Source: the human T2T-CHM13v2.0 reference genome, Homo sapiens. From it: a DNA stretch of 64,000 nucleotides. Every line of letters begins with the position of its first letter. The stretch's first letter is position 1. Under the pieces are notes generated by a model. The model made no database searches. It saw nothing but the letters and a program-made list of their open reading frames with translations, and was not told the DNA's origin. Of the stretch, positions 11,589-27,138 are shown in pieces. The stretch is taken from the NCBI RefSeq assembly GCF_009914755.1, contig NC_060930.1, one strand, 5' to 3'. The translations under genes were made by a program, and so were the position numbers.

Positions 11589-11867
11589 TGCTATGGCCTG
11601 AATGTTGATGTCCCCCCAGAATTTGTTTGTGAACGCTAATACCCAATATGACAGTATTAAGAGGTGGGACTTCTGGAAAGCGATGAAGTCATGAAGGTGG
11701 AGCCCTCATGAATGAGATTAGTGCTTTTATAAAAGAGATCGAAGGAAGCTGCCTTGCCTCTTCCACCATGAGAGAACCTGTGGAAGGTGCCATCTGTGAA
11801 GAACAGGCCCTCCTCAGACACTGAATCTGCTAGCACCTTGACCTTGGACTTTCCAGCCTCCAGAATC
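11589..11867 (+). mobile_element. MaLR LTR (MSTD/MLT1A-like), 3'-truncated
   Basis: 'tgctatggcctgaatg...ggagccctcatgaatgagattagtgc...accttggactttccagcctccagaa'. Confidence 0.8.
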
Positions 11868-12134
11868 ACCCAGTGATTGGAGAAGGTGGGGGATCCAGGA
11901 AGCAGGAACAAACACTGACTGGGTCCCCGTCCCAGCCACATGCTTCCAGACCTAAGCCAGCCTCCAGGTGTTGGAAGGAGGAGAGAAGTACTGATTTGAA
12001 TGAGGTGGTCACGTTTCTCAGTTTGATTGGACTATATTTTGTAATAGTTGAAAAATGAGACAGTTTATGAGATTAACCAGGAAAGCCGGTCAATGAGATT
12101 TCATTCTGCCATAGGGGATAATATAAAAATACGG

Positions 12135-12330
12135 ATAATAGCAAACATTGACATCACATTTAGTGTCTTACATCTCTTAACTTATTAATTAGGTTTGTGT
12201 GCTTCACCAACTCTTATAATTCCCATTGCATAATTGAGGAGGCTGAAGGCCAGAGAGGTTAAGAAATTCATCAAGGTCCACAACTGGTAAATGGCAAAAC
12301 TGGGATTTGAATCCAGGCTTCAGTGTCTAG
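12135..12330 (-). mobile_element. MIR
   Basis: 'cccattgcataattgaggaggctgaaggccagagaggttaag...caaggtc...ctgggatttgaatccagg'. Confidence 0.75.
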
Positions 12331-12901
12331 TTGTGGAATTGAAATGCTTCCCCATCGCTGAATCCTTATTTCCATTCTTAACCAAACCTCGCCTGACTTC
12401 AAGCCCTAACTCCAACCTCCCCAGCTCAGAAGCATCCTTGGCTGTGTCAGCTGAAGGAGCCTCCCCTACTGTCCTGTGCTTTCAGGGGCGCAGTCGTGGC
12501 TGCAGAGTGGCCGTCCTCTTAGACAGTGGGGGCATCTTTTGTGGAATCATGTTCAGAACCTGCAGCACATCTGTTAAATATGTTCGATCCTGGAAACTGC
12601 TCTTTTGATGGTGGATAGGATGTTTGGAGCCATCCAGACACCACTTGGAGTCCAGTGAAAAAGCCAGCAATCAAGCTTTGAGAAACCATTTTTGGTAAAA
12701 TGAAATAGGATGCACTCTAACTGAATGAGACTGCTTTTCTTCTATGGCTTAAAAGATGGAACTAAATGTAATTCCCAAAAAAAGTCCCCCAAAAAGTGTG
12801 TCTTGGCAGCCTTACTGGAAAGCATGTATTCCAAGGGATCTATGCAGGGTAAAACTCATTTGCAAGTATCTGTTCTTTTTATTTTTAATCGATTTTTCTA
12901 A

Positions 12902-13348
<447 letters not shown>

Positions 13349-13984
13349 TAAGTATGTTTTCATTAGACTGGCAAAAATTGGGGAAACTTTCTATCCAAGC
13401 AGAATGAAGAGGGTGATTCCAGCCATGCAGATGAGCTGAGGTCCAAGGCTGAAGAGAGGGTGCAATGCTGGAGTAACGTGAGGAACACTCGGCCTACTTG
13501 GCTAGAGCATCTCACGGGGGCAGAGGTTACTTAGTGGGATCATGGGAGATAGATTAGAAAGGGATGTTTTATGGCAGATTAGATGCTAATCCTCTATGCT
13601 AGTGGTTTCAATTTTTATTATCATTAAGATTTTCCCCTGCTCCCTCTTCCCTGCCTCAAAATTCCCCAAACCATATATAGGAACACCATTTGTAAAGCAG
13701 ATAAAAGCAAAAGGGCTCTGGTTAAAATCATGGGGGAGGGACCCGGGTATGACTTCCTCCATGTGGTTCCCCATACACACAAGCCAGGGACCTCTGAGGA
13801 ATCCTGGGGCTCTTCCAAAGCAATTTGAACCACTGGTGTGGACGCTGGGAAACACTGGATGGCAAGTTCCTTTTGTCTGTCTGTCCACATGTAGCCCCTG
13901 GCTTCCTGACAGTCCTCCATCAGTATCTGGTTCTCACAGTGTCACATCTCAACTCTCCCGGGAGTGTTTTGGAGCCACCGTCCC

Positions 13985-14685
13985 TGTGGCAGGCTCTACA
14001 CATAGCCATTCCTCTTTCTTCTTTGCTAATAGAATCCAACTTTAGTTAGGGCAGCCAAGTACTCAGTGACGTGGTGACTGACCTAAGGCAAGGATTGGCC
14101 AAACCCAGCAGCTAACTCTTTTGGTAAATAAAGTTTTGTTGGAACCCAGACATGTTCATTTGCTTCCTTAGCACCTGTGGCTACTTTTGTGCTATAGCAG
14201 CAGGGTTGGGTGGTAGTGAGAGAGACTGTATGGCCTCCTAAATTCTTTGCTATCTGGCCCTTTGCAGAAAAAGTTTGAAGACCCCTGGTCTAAGGCAACC
14301 ATGGCAATCCATTCTCCTTTGCTGAGATTGGGGGTAGTCATATAACCATTTTTGACCAAGGAAAGGTAAGGTAAATTCTGATGGAAGCGTCTGAGAAATA
14401 TTTCCCTCCCTGATAAGAGAGAGGAACACGAGGAGAACGTTCTTTTTGTCTCCTCTCTTCCATTCTGTCATATGAGGATGTGCTGTCTGGAGCTGTGGCA
14501 GCCATCTGATGATCATGAGGGATAATACATGAGAGCCTGATTCCTTGATGGCATCATTCAGTTACCAAATCTACCTTTGGACCATCTACTTTCAAACTGT
14601 TTGTTGAGTAAACGATAAAAATCCTGATGGTTTAAGCAATTCTTCACTGGGTTTTTGTTAGTTGCAGCTGAATGTGGAATAACTA
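13985..14685 (+). mobile_element. Old MaLR LTR (MLT1K/L-like) interrupted by MER58A
   Basis: 'tctggagctgtggcagccatctgatgatcatgagg...cttgatggcatc...ggtttaagc...gtttttgttagttgcagctgaa'. Confidence 0.6.
14090..14287. mobile_element. MER58A (hAT-Charlie MITE)
   Basis: 'gtaaataaagttttgttggaac...tatctggccctttgcagaaaaagtttgaagacccctg'. Confidence 0.8.
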
Positions 14686-14789
14686 GGGCATTTGTTTAAA
14701 AACCTAATAGCAAAAGACAAGAGTGTTCTTGTTCAAGTTGTGTCACGGAATGAAACATAGGAAATCTAGTAGATAATAATGATGATGAT

Positions 14790-14990
14790 GAAAGCTAGCA
14801 TGCCAGTCACTAAACCAAGTACTCTACAATCCTTTTATGATCACAAAACCCAATGGAGACACTATTGTCATTATCTCCATTTTACAGATGGGGAAAGTGA
14901 GCTTTAGAGAAGTTTAACAATTCGCTCAGTTCCACAGTTAAGCACCAGAGCTCAAGTTCGCACCCACGTGTGTTGACTTCAAAAGCCAAG
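14790..14990 (-). mobile_element. MIR
   Basis: 'attatctccattttacagatggggaaagtgagctttagagaagtttaac'. Confidence 0.75.
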
Positions 14991-17639
14991 CGCCTATCTG
15001 TTGTTTGACACTGCCATTTCTGACAACAGATCCGAATTCAAATCTCAACTCAGCCACATGGAAGGCAAGTTACTTAATCTTCTTAAGCCCCAATTTTCCC
15101 ACAATAATGTGGAGATATTACCTTCCTTTAAGACAAAATGCTGCCACTACCGTGACTGAAACATGGTGTTTCATTGTTTTTTGCTTCTGTGCTTGTTTCT
15201 TTAGCAGGGACTGGATGGCTGGAAGTTGGCTATAGGAGTAACCAAGAGGTGCAAAAGAAAGTAGCAAGGGAAGTGAAAATAGACTCCAGTGAGCAGAGAA
15301 AGGCATACCAGCTCCTGATAAATTAAAGGAGGCTGCCGCCGGTCCTGGAGCGGGGTTCAATGAGAAGAACGCATGGTACGGAGAGAGCCACGAGGCTCAC
15401 TCCTCACGAGTATGCATTGTGTTTGACCAAGAACTTGGTGACTTTATGGTCAGGTGTGGCCTGAGAGCACTTTCTAGTCCATTGTCCTGTTTCAAGGAGC
15501 TTTGAAAAATTGTAAGGAACTGAACAGAAAGGAATTGCTTGAGTTGTTGGTATGATTCACTTTTGTGTAAAACTGAGCCACTGTGCAGAAGTGAGTGTTT
15601 TTCAAAGTGAGGTCACGGATGCCTATGAACATTTCGCATGTCGGTATTTTCCTCGCTGTGGTAAGGCCCTTTACTCATGATGAATGGAAATCTGAAGACT
15701 CGTAGGAAGGGTCAGAGATTACCTTTGTGGCTGTTAGCTCTATTTGAGCAGTTTCCTCTCTGAGCATTCCTGTACAGTTTTTAATGGAGGAGAATAATCA
15801 AGACCAGCCCGCTCAAAGAGCTTATGAAAAATAGATGAAATTTAGAGTTTAAAATCCAGATTTAATTGTTAGGCTTACTTTTAAAAGAGAGCAAGAAAAA
15901 CGACCCCAATGGCTTATTATATAACATCCAGATGTTCGGCATCAGCCAGACCAGATGAGGGATGACTTTTTCACTTTTCATCTGGATGCTTTGGCCTCTC
16001 TATAGACACAGCGAAAGAGGGCGGTTATATAAGAAGCTTGCTGGAGTGGCCTTGTCCTCATTCTCAACTTGCCCTTCAGGAGACCCATAAACATTCAGCT
16101 GCATTTTTAAGCTTAGATGCGATAGATTCTTAATGAATGCATTCCTTAGACCTAGCGTGGGCTTGAGAAGCTTCTGGAAATCATTCGATCTGATCATTGG
16201 CTCCAAGTAGACAAAGTACTGAATGAGAGAAATTTTCCCTTCTCATTCAAATGTTTGAGGCTCAGGTAGACCTAGACTGGCTTTATCGTAAAGGAGCTAA
16301 TATAACATATCTAACATATCATTAAAATATGTTTGTGGGCTTTTAAAAAGTGACAGCTGCTCTTCAGAGTGATAGACAGGTGTCCACATTTCAGCTTTCT
16401 TTGTTTGTCACTGTGTGTGTTTGTTCTTACCAGTAATGCCTGGGAAGGGCGGCAAACACTGTTGTGCTTGGATACGAAAACCAAGGCCTGATTAGCGTAA
16501 GCGTTTGTTGAAAAAGCATTTTCTCTGCACACTAATCTCTACATATCCTGTGGGGAAATCCTTTCAATCCCGTACCTGATAAATAAATCTGGCAAGTGAA
16601 TAAACACTCTCAAGTCTCTTTCTGGTACATAATTCCACCTGTTCTGTGAGTTCTGCCGGCCTCTGAGCTCGGGCAGTGTTGTGTACCTTTCAGACCGACC
16701 TGGAACAAAGCTGGCCGAGGAAAAGCAATGTTTGCTGTGACCCTGCCCATCACTGAGCACTCAACAGCCTTTCACAAGAACCAAGCGGGTGTTCAGGGCT
16801 ACTGTGGACTTCTTGGATTATGGTAGATATTATTTGGTGCTTTTGTTGACCTTGAACCCTCCACTAGGCATTGGCTAATACTGCTGATCAGAAACATCAT
16901 GCTCCTTTTCCTTCTGATTTTCCACCAAAGAATAGGGGCGCTGGGGCTGCTGCAAAGATCCTTTTTGAAAGTGAAAGTCAGGTCTCAGTGCTAACATGCT
17001 CTCTTTAATGCCCATGCAGTCTCCCTACTCTTCTGCAGGAGTCTTGGGCTGCCTCTCCACTGCACTTCCTACATAACTATGTTATGTGATTATAGTGTGG
17101 GATCATGGGGGCAGGGATTATGTCTTTTTGGTTTTGTAAAGACAACAGGCTGGCACATTCATTATTAATTAACTTTATTAATAATTACTTAATGCTAAGT
17201 GAATGAACTTTAGTGCTTGCTAAGTCTGTGTGTTTATTTGTGTGAGACATTACCAGAGAATGACAGGCCCTATTAAATTACGATTTTATTTACAAATGAA
17301 TTAGAAAAATTTTCTTAAGGCTTTGATAAGATCCTTAAAAACGACAAAAGGTTTGATGGGCACCCATAGTAACAGGGCACACTACCCCAGCACCATCTAA
17401 ATAATTATCTTCCATATCCGAGACAGGGCGTGCAAAGAGGACCCCTAAGATATACCCACGGTTCTCTAGAGGTACACGTGCACACGTTGAGAATGCCTTT
17501 ACAAACCCTAAAGGATTCAAGTTCACTGCCCAATGCGTGGAATCAGGCACATATGCATGATGTTGAAACAAGTGTTAAGATGATACTGGTAAAAGGGGTA
17601 GACAGGTTATTTGATAGCTTATCAACAAAAGAGCTTCTC

Positions 17640-18040
17640 TTTGTTCTCTCTTGCTGTGTAACAAATTACCCCCAAACCTAGTGATTTAGTACAACAAACC
17701 TTTATTATCTCACAATTTCTGTGGTTGAGGAATCTGGGAGCTGCTTAGCTGGTGATTCTGGCTCAGGGTCTCTCATGATGTTGCTGTCAGGAGGGTCAAC
17801 AGGGGCTGCAGTCATCTGAGGGCTTGACTGGGACTGGAAGACCTACTTTCAAGATGGCTCACTCACATGGCTATTGGCAGGAGGCCTCAGTTCCTCATGA
17901 CCTGGGTCTCTCCCTAGGCTTCTTAAGTGTCCTTATGATGTGGCAGTTCATTTTTGCTGTAGTAAATTATCCAAGAAAAGGACCAAGAAGGACACCACAA
18001 TGCCTTTTATGATTTACTTTCCAAAGTTACATACCATCTT
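17640..18040 (-). mobile_element. MaLR LTR (MLT1F/G/H-like)
   Basis: 'tgctgtgtaacaaattacccccaaacctagtg...tttattatctcacaatttctgtgg...caagatggctcactcacatggc'. Confidence 0.8.
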
Positions 18041-18344
18041 GTCTTTTGAGGACATATTTTAAATCCATCAGAGCTGTTGCTTTGATGCGATTTGACAGGT
18101 ATGTTTTGAGCACTAACCGGCCTTTCCAGATGTGCTTGTTAAATATGTAAATCCTGCTTGCTCTGCACTTTGGAGGGAGTCCACACAGACTTGCCCAATA
18201 TGAGAAACAGGTTGTCTGAAAATCAGGACCTGTGGTTCAGAGTGTTTGACTTTGTAACTTCTACTCTTAAACCATTTTTGTTTTCTCTGTCTGCAGCATG
18301 GAGAGAGTTCTCCCTGAAATCCACTTCAATCTCTCTGAAGAATA

Positions 18345-18560
18345 ATAACAATAGCACTTACTATTAGCTGTGTTAAGTGCTTCATGAATGCCAATTCATT
18401 AAATGCTCACAACCACTCTATGAATTAGATATTCGTGTCATCATCTGTATTTTGCAATGGGGATACTGAGAGATGAAATAATTTTCCCAGGGTCACCCAG
18501 CCGGTAAATGGTAGCACTAGGATTTGAGCCCAGAGACTTGGCTTTAGAGTCTGGACATCG
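18345..18560 (-). mobile_element. MIR
   Basis: 'tgctcacaaccactctatga...ttttgcaatggggatactgagagatgaaataattttcccagggtcacccagccggtaaatgg'. Confidence 0.75.
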
Positions 18561-18935
18561 ACTTCCTTCATTGTGTTACAATACAGTGTCTGAACCTTCA
18601 GATGGGCTCCTGTGCAGCATCTACTTTCAGTCAGTCCATCTTGAAAAAAAAAGACTCTACAAAGTAAGAAGAGATTGAATTCTGGCATTTATTACCACCA
18701 CCAATGGGCCTCCCACCACCTCCCCATCATCATACTGCTCTCTGGGTTCTAGAAATAGTTCCCTTTCCCGCCCCTTCAGGCCTGTGGATAATAACAACTC
18801 CCATTTGTGGTGGACAGAATGATGTGTCCCCCAAAGATGTCCCCTAAACCTGTGATTGTGTTACCTGACATGGCAAAAGGGACTTTGCAGCTGTAGTTAA
18901 AAACCTTGAGAAGACAGTATCCTGAATTAGCCAAG

Positions 18936-19760
<825 letters not shown>

Positions 19761-19900
19761 CAGGTGTCCTTGATAAGGATCCCTATAGGGGAAAGAGGAA
19801 GGGAGGGGAGTGGGAGTTGGAGAGAGGTGTGAAGATGCTCTGTGGCTGGCTTCCGAGGTGGAGAAGGGGATCTTGAGCCAAAGAAAGGAGCAGCCTTTAG

Positions 19901-20281
<381 letters not shown>

Positions 20282-22481
20282 GGGCACCTGGACTTTAGCC
20301 CAGTAAGACCTATCTTGGACTTCTGACCTCCAGACCTGTAAGCTGATAAATTCTTTTTTTTTTTTTAAGAAAAAAAATCTGAAACTCTGCAAAGATGATG
20401 AAAATCCACCCTGCTGTTTTTATATGACACAATAACAGAGAAACTACATCTTACTAGAGATTTTTTTAAATTATATAACTTAGCGCATACTTAAGTTCCA
20501 GGCTATGGGAGACAAGCCCTGCCTTCCAGCTTAGCAACTCATTTGGAAAGAAAGTATACAACCAGACAGCAAGCAAAAATAGAAGACAGGCAATTGAAGA
20601 GCAAGTGTGTGCAGTACTGATAATGAATGCTGGAAAGGCATGGAACCAGGTACAATCAAGGAAGGCAAGGGCAGCTCAGAATCTTCTGGAGCCCTGCTCT
20701 TATCTTCTACTATGTCTCAAAGCCATGTGGGGAGCAAGGGCATAATCTTGCTGATAGACAGCTCTAGACGCCAAATTCCAGAAGGTGTAAGATGGTTCTC
20801 CACTTTTTTCGTTGGATCACCCTTCCATTGAATTAGAGCAGCCTCAGATGAGTCCCCACTCCTCTCATTTTTCTATTTTATGCCCATCCCCGTCACCCCC
20901 CTGTCTCTCCTGGGTGGGCAGTGGAGAGTCTTATACTCACTGGCCTTCCATGGTGTTCCCGTGCATGGGACTTAGGCTTGCCAGATAAGCAAGCACCCAC
21001 AAAATAATAAAGCAATCCTTTTCTGATTGCAGTCACCTCCCCTCAGCCTTCACCCATTGTCGGTGAAAAGGGCTGAGTGGGGTGGGATGATCATATAACC
21101 AACCCACCTGTCTGTATTGAGCAGACTTCAGGATCTGAAGAGGGGCTGGGAGGTGAGTGAGCTTGTGGAGAGGGGTAGAGAGCTCCCCGGGTTGGGAGAA
21201 AGCATCCTCCAAGGCCAGGAGGTCGAAGCAGCCACGTGTTATGGAAGGGGCAGGGAGATGGGCTTACCTGGGGCACAGGGCTCCTCTAGGGAAGATGAAA
21301 GAAAATGCTGGAAGTGAGAATGATAAGGTCCAGGCATGCTAGGAATATAGTAGTGACCAGTAGAAATTCGGGGAGCTATTCAAGGGAGTAACTGAATTAT
21401 TCCATTTTCTATTTCTCAGTCCGGTTTGGGCATGATTTAATGTGGCTAAAGAAATGGAAGGTGGTTGCTGGAGGGAAGCCTAGGGCCACACGTGGGAATA
21501 TTCCCGGTCCACCTCATGCCTCCTCTGACAGTGCTCAGAGCACTGCCCTGGAAATTCTGCTACAGAATCCCTAAGAGTTATTGCCAGGCCTTGGGCATAA
21601 TTAATACACTTACTAGTCAGAATCGCATCCTGGTGTACACAGGTATGTCCCAGGGTGGGCAGCTCGGCTATTTGTCACATTTTCCAGGAGGCTGCCCGCA
21701 GCCCCACGCCTGCTGTGATTTTTGCAGCTCATCGCACAAGTGTCTGACCACGTTAGTGTTGATCCTGGGCCTGGCTGTCAGAGTGCACTCCCCCAAAGAA
21801 ACATTTGTCTGGTTTTAAAAAAAGTATTTAGAGCTGAATTCTATACTCCCTGCTATGTGGACATCGAATGTAAATTATTTCAACCCTGTTCTTTGAATCA
21901 GTAGAGGCTGAACTATGAGTGCCTTTTTCTAAGTGAGTATTTCATGAGGTCTTTTCAGAAGGGCTGGTTCCCACTCAGCTCCTCTTCCATATATCATGAT
22001 ATTTCCTTGGTTCTCCACAATCCTAACATGGAGAAGATGATCTATCTTGGTGGCAATATCTCATCCAGAATTTCTCTCATTTTTTAAGTGGGAAGAGGGA
22101 TATTCACACATTCTGTAAATGTACTGGGTCCTTATGAAAATATTTTAAAATTTGGAGTGGAATTTAGTATAAGAAGATTCCATCTTGGACCCTAGCCAAT
22201 GAGATTTAGGGGATTACTCAAAGACTTCATAATAAGACTGGGATACTTAAAGATTGTTCCTATGGGTAGGGCTCAAGTGACATAATATGGCCACTGTGTA
22301 ACTGAGAAATGAACACAGAATTTGAAGAAATCATCCCAGTCTATACTGTAATAGGGAGGCAGCCTGCTAGATGGAATGGGATTTGTTAGGTAAAATGGAT
22401 ACTGGTTTTATTTCTATTTAAATGGTGAACTTTGTTCTTCTGCTCTTCCAAGTAGCTTCCATAGTGGGACACCAATTTCCA

Positions 22482-22755
22482 CTTAAGAGCATGAGTCCTG
22501 GAGTCAGATGGCTGGGATTTGAAACTCAGCTGTACTCCTTCTTAGTTGTGAGACCTATGCACAAGTTACTTAACATCTCTAAGCCTTCACTGTATGATCC
22601 AGAAAATGATAGCTATACCACCACCACTGCTAACAACAAACAATTGTAATCCAGCTCATAGGATTACTTTAACACTTAAATCATGTAATTCATGCGAATT
22701 GTTTAGTCTAGTATCTGGCGTATATTAAGCAGTCAAAGATACTAGCTTTTGTTAT
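22482..22755 (+). mobile_element. MIR
   Basis: 'ttaagagcatgagtcctggagtcagatggctgggatttgaaactcagctg...caagttacttaacatctctaagcc'. Confidence 0.8.
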
Positions 22756-24761
22756 TAGTAAGAGCAGTGTAATATTTTATATTGTTTGTAATGAGTTGAA
22801 ACATTCAGAGTATTTCAATAGGGATCACACTGATGATGGCAAAATTCTTAAAAAGAGTCAAAAACACCACAAATTTTGGATGATAATCAGGAATGAAGTA
22901 TTTGCTTTGTCCCTTCTAGGCATCCTCACTGTAGTTAGCTCTACAGTGATTTATTGCTGGCTTACAGAAGAAGCCCTTCATCCTTCTTCGGTTTGGATAC
23001 ATGCAAAAGTGTGTATGTGTATGTGTACATACTTATGGATCCTGGGCCTGGCTGTCAAATTGCACTGTTTCCTGTGTACACTGTTGCAAAATGTAGAGAG
23101 AAGCATTCTGTCTGTCAGTGAGAATGTCGCAGAAAAAAGAGAGCTCTCTTTAGTCCTTTCAGATAAACCACAGTCCATTGAAAGAACTTTTTCTTAACTC
23201 CAAAGCCAAGTAACCAGCACTGGGTCCAATCACCGTTCAACAATCCGGCCTTCCTTCTTCTGCGGGGTGAGCTCTAAGTATGGTCCCTAGGGAATATGGA
23301 AAATTAGACAACGGAAATAAAATAATTTATCTTTATTCCCCCTTGAAGTCAGAAGCTGCAGAAATAAAGGGAACCAAGATACTTAAAATAGGACCTATGT
23401 AGGTTTTAGGGGACAAAGTGACAACAATCATATGTATGGCTTAAAATAGCACACTTCAGGTTAGAACTGTTAGGCAAGGGAAGTGATACCGGTACTAGTC
23501 CCAGCTGCTTAAAGGAAGATAAGATCTCTATTCCTCATTGCAAAAAGATTTGCCTTCTGATTACTCGTCACTCATTTTGGCCACACAGACAGAACCAGAC
23601 AGAAATCTGGAGGAAAACTGAATTGGGAAGAGACAGAAAAGATGGGCAACAAAAAGGCACACTATTGATATTAATTGGGATTAGCACCTCTGATTTATGG
23701 AGTGGTTTTCAACAATATTTGGTGGGGCCTCTTCAAAAAGTGGGCATGGCAATTATTTGAAGGTGAAGTTTTGGGAAAACCTAGGCAAGGGTGGGAAGGG
23801 ATTTCCCTGACAGTTTTCTCTGCTTTCCTGTCTATCCTGAGAGTTGACAAGTGCCGGGGCTGCTGCTGGGAACACGGTGCTCCTAGCACCCTTTCTCAGG
23901 GGAGCCCCAACTGTTCAGCCACAGTCTTTTATGCTTTGAAAAATAAAATAGGTGAAGAGTCAGGAATGTTCCAGGAGAAAGAAACAATAATTGCAGTCCC
24001 TAACCAGGGAAAGATTTTGATGTATTTGGGAAACTGAAAGAAGACCAGTACAAATGGAGAAGAAAAAGTTGATGGAGAAAAAGGCAGGCAGTGGATAAGA
24101 GGGCTAGGCAGGGGCCAGTTCATGCTTATGAACTCGCAAGGTCATGTGAAGGAGTTTAGATGCTGATTGGAAGTGTATTCATAAACCGCTGGGGACTTTT
24201 AAGCTGGGAAATTACAAATTATCTGATATATATTCACATTTAGGAAGATCTCTAAGTAACCCCAGGACATTCCGTGAAAGGCTAAGTTATTGATAGACCT
24301 TATCAATACTCAACCCAAGATCTGGGAAGCAAGTTGGAGTGATAACACTCTGTCCCCCAACATTATCCAGTCTGTTGGAGGGCACATCATTTCAGTGGTC
24401 CATCTTCACCACCCTGTCATGGCAACAGGTCTTTATTCAAAAATCAAGCTTACTATTTTAAGGAAGACTGGGAAATATTCTGTATCCCAGGCCCCAGGTT
24501 AAGATATTGAAGGGGAAGGTCCAAATGAAATTGCACCTTGGAGATTTTCCGGATTAGAAAATCCCAAAAGTGTAACCTGGAGAGAACATAGGGACTTCTT
24601 GAGACTTTAACAAATCTTCTAAATGCCACTAAAGTTTGCTTCAGGTCCTTTTAGGTTAGTCCAAATCTGGCTATAATAAACTGTAAGAAAGCAACAGATC
24701 CCACTCTAAGGTTCCACCTATTTGGAGCAAAAATAGGTAAAAAACAGGTTTATGTCTTTAC

Positions 24762-25150
24762 CAGTCAGCTTGGGTTTAGTTATGCTGCAGTAACAAGCAG
24801 CCCTCAATTCTCAATGTCTTAACAAAAACAAGATCTTTTCTTTCTCAAGTCATAGTTTGCAGGCAATCTGAGCTCTACTCTATGTCATTTGATTCCAGAG
24901 CCTAGGCTGAAGGAGCAGTTCCTGTCTGTGCCTCTGTCAGCCTCATGGCAGAGGGAAAGAGCAATGGTGAGACCATGTGTTAGTTTTGAAAGCCTCTGCT
25001 CAGGTACGGTACAGGCCACTTTTACTCACATTTCATTGCCCAAAGCAAATCAAATAGCCAAGCCTCATCTTGGCAAGGAGGAAAGTATAATTGTTCTGCA
25101 GGCCCTGGTCTGTAGGGAGAACATTGAATATTATAAACCAGTGATACAGT
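24762..25150 (-). mobile_element. MaLR LTR (MLT1J-like)
   Basis: 'ttatgctgcagtaacaagcagccctcaattctcaatg...actcacatttcattgcccaaagcaaatca'. Confidence 0.65.
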
Positions 25151-25734
25151 CTCTAGCAATGCCATACTTCGCTTTCTCCCTTTTTTGTGTGTTGACTGTA
25201 AGTTGGAAATTGAGTGATGATCTTACATTTATAGACCTGAAAACTGTCAGATAACGTAATTCAGATATGATTCAATCTCTGAAAATTAGCATCATAGGCA
25301 TTCCTTTTTAAAGGATAAGTTTCTGAAAGTCTGATATAAGCAGTTTAGAAGTGGTTAAACAAAAATTTACTAGAAGAAAAGTCCATTTAATAAAGCAAAG
25401 TTCTCAATTTCTAATCTGATGTTGTACCAATCTCTCAAAAATCTGAAACTTACTGCTAGGAGGATTTTCATGCAGGAAAAGAAAGAGAATCTTATATTTC
25501 TTTCTTCAAATTAGAGTGAATGAGATAAAAAGAGTATACTGGTACCATAATTTTAGCCAACATTATGTTTTATTTAAGAGAGTCTATATTTTGTGGTTAG
25601 CTGTGACATATGAAACTTCATTTCCACCAAGGATGAAAAAAAAAACAAAGCAAAGCAAAACACAAACATGGCTTATGGGAATCAAGGAAAGAAGATGGCA
25701 AAGATGAAATGCACGTCACATTGAGTTGAGGCCC

Positions 25735-26363
25735 TGTCAGCTCATGCCTGGATGATTGTGGTGGCCCCTCCACTCCGGCCCTGACACCACTTCCCCCTGA
25801 GGTCTATTCTCCACACAGCAGCAGCCAGAGTGGACCATCTGAAACGTAAATTGTATCATGTGCTGCTCAGAACTCTCTAACGAGACTCTCAGCTCACTCT
25901 GAATGATGCCCAAAGTTCTTCCCATGGACTGGGCGATCCTATGTGATTCATACTCTGATTGCCTTTCTGATCCCTTCTTTCACAACTAATCCCGCTCTCC
26001 CACTCCACTGCATGCACACCGGCTTCCTTACTTCTCTTCCCAGACTGCCAAACTTCTGCTCTCTTGGGACCTTTGCACTGGCTGTTCCCTCTATTAGGGT
26101 CTCTCGCTTTATCCAAGAGGCCTCTGCTGGCCACCTGATCTAAAACAGCACCTGATCCTCTGTTCCTGTACTCTGCTTTATTTTTTGTTCTCAGCATATA
26201 TTACTACCTGATTTACCATAGACATGCTCATTCTCCACCTCCTTTCACTAGATTGTAATCACCAAGAGAGGGACGACTTCATTTCTTTCACTATTTTATC
26301 CCCGATGCCAAAAACAGTGACTGGCACCTAGTAGATGCACAATAAAATGAAATAAAGGAATGA
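25735..26363 (+). mobile_element. L2 3' end
   Basis: 'tctattctccacacagcagcagccagag...cctttgcactggctgttccctct...ctagattgtaa...acagtgactggcacctagtagatgcacaataa'. Confidence 0.85.
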
Positions 26364-26723
26364 CTGCCGCTGTTCCTAATTTCATCAGATCTGTGTAAAT
26401 ATTTAATATGCCATTATACAGAAATTGTACAGAGTACAGAAATTAACAAAAATGTACTTCCCTGCCTAAAAGATTAGCTACATAAAAATATGATTAGAAA
26501 AAAAACCCTACATATTGAATGTTTTAAAACAAAACAAAAAATTTTCTCTGCTTTTTGTTAATTTTCTTCTGTAAAGTGTCGGTGTTTACAATACCTGGAA
26601 GTGTAACAGAAGATCACAGAGTCCTGAATCATGGGTTGGATGAAACACGAAAAAGCCATTGGATGCATTTCCGCGTGAATGATTGGCTATTCTTTGTAAA
26701 CTGATCATAGGAAATTATGGTTA

Positions 26724-27138
<415 letters not shown>

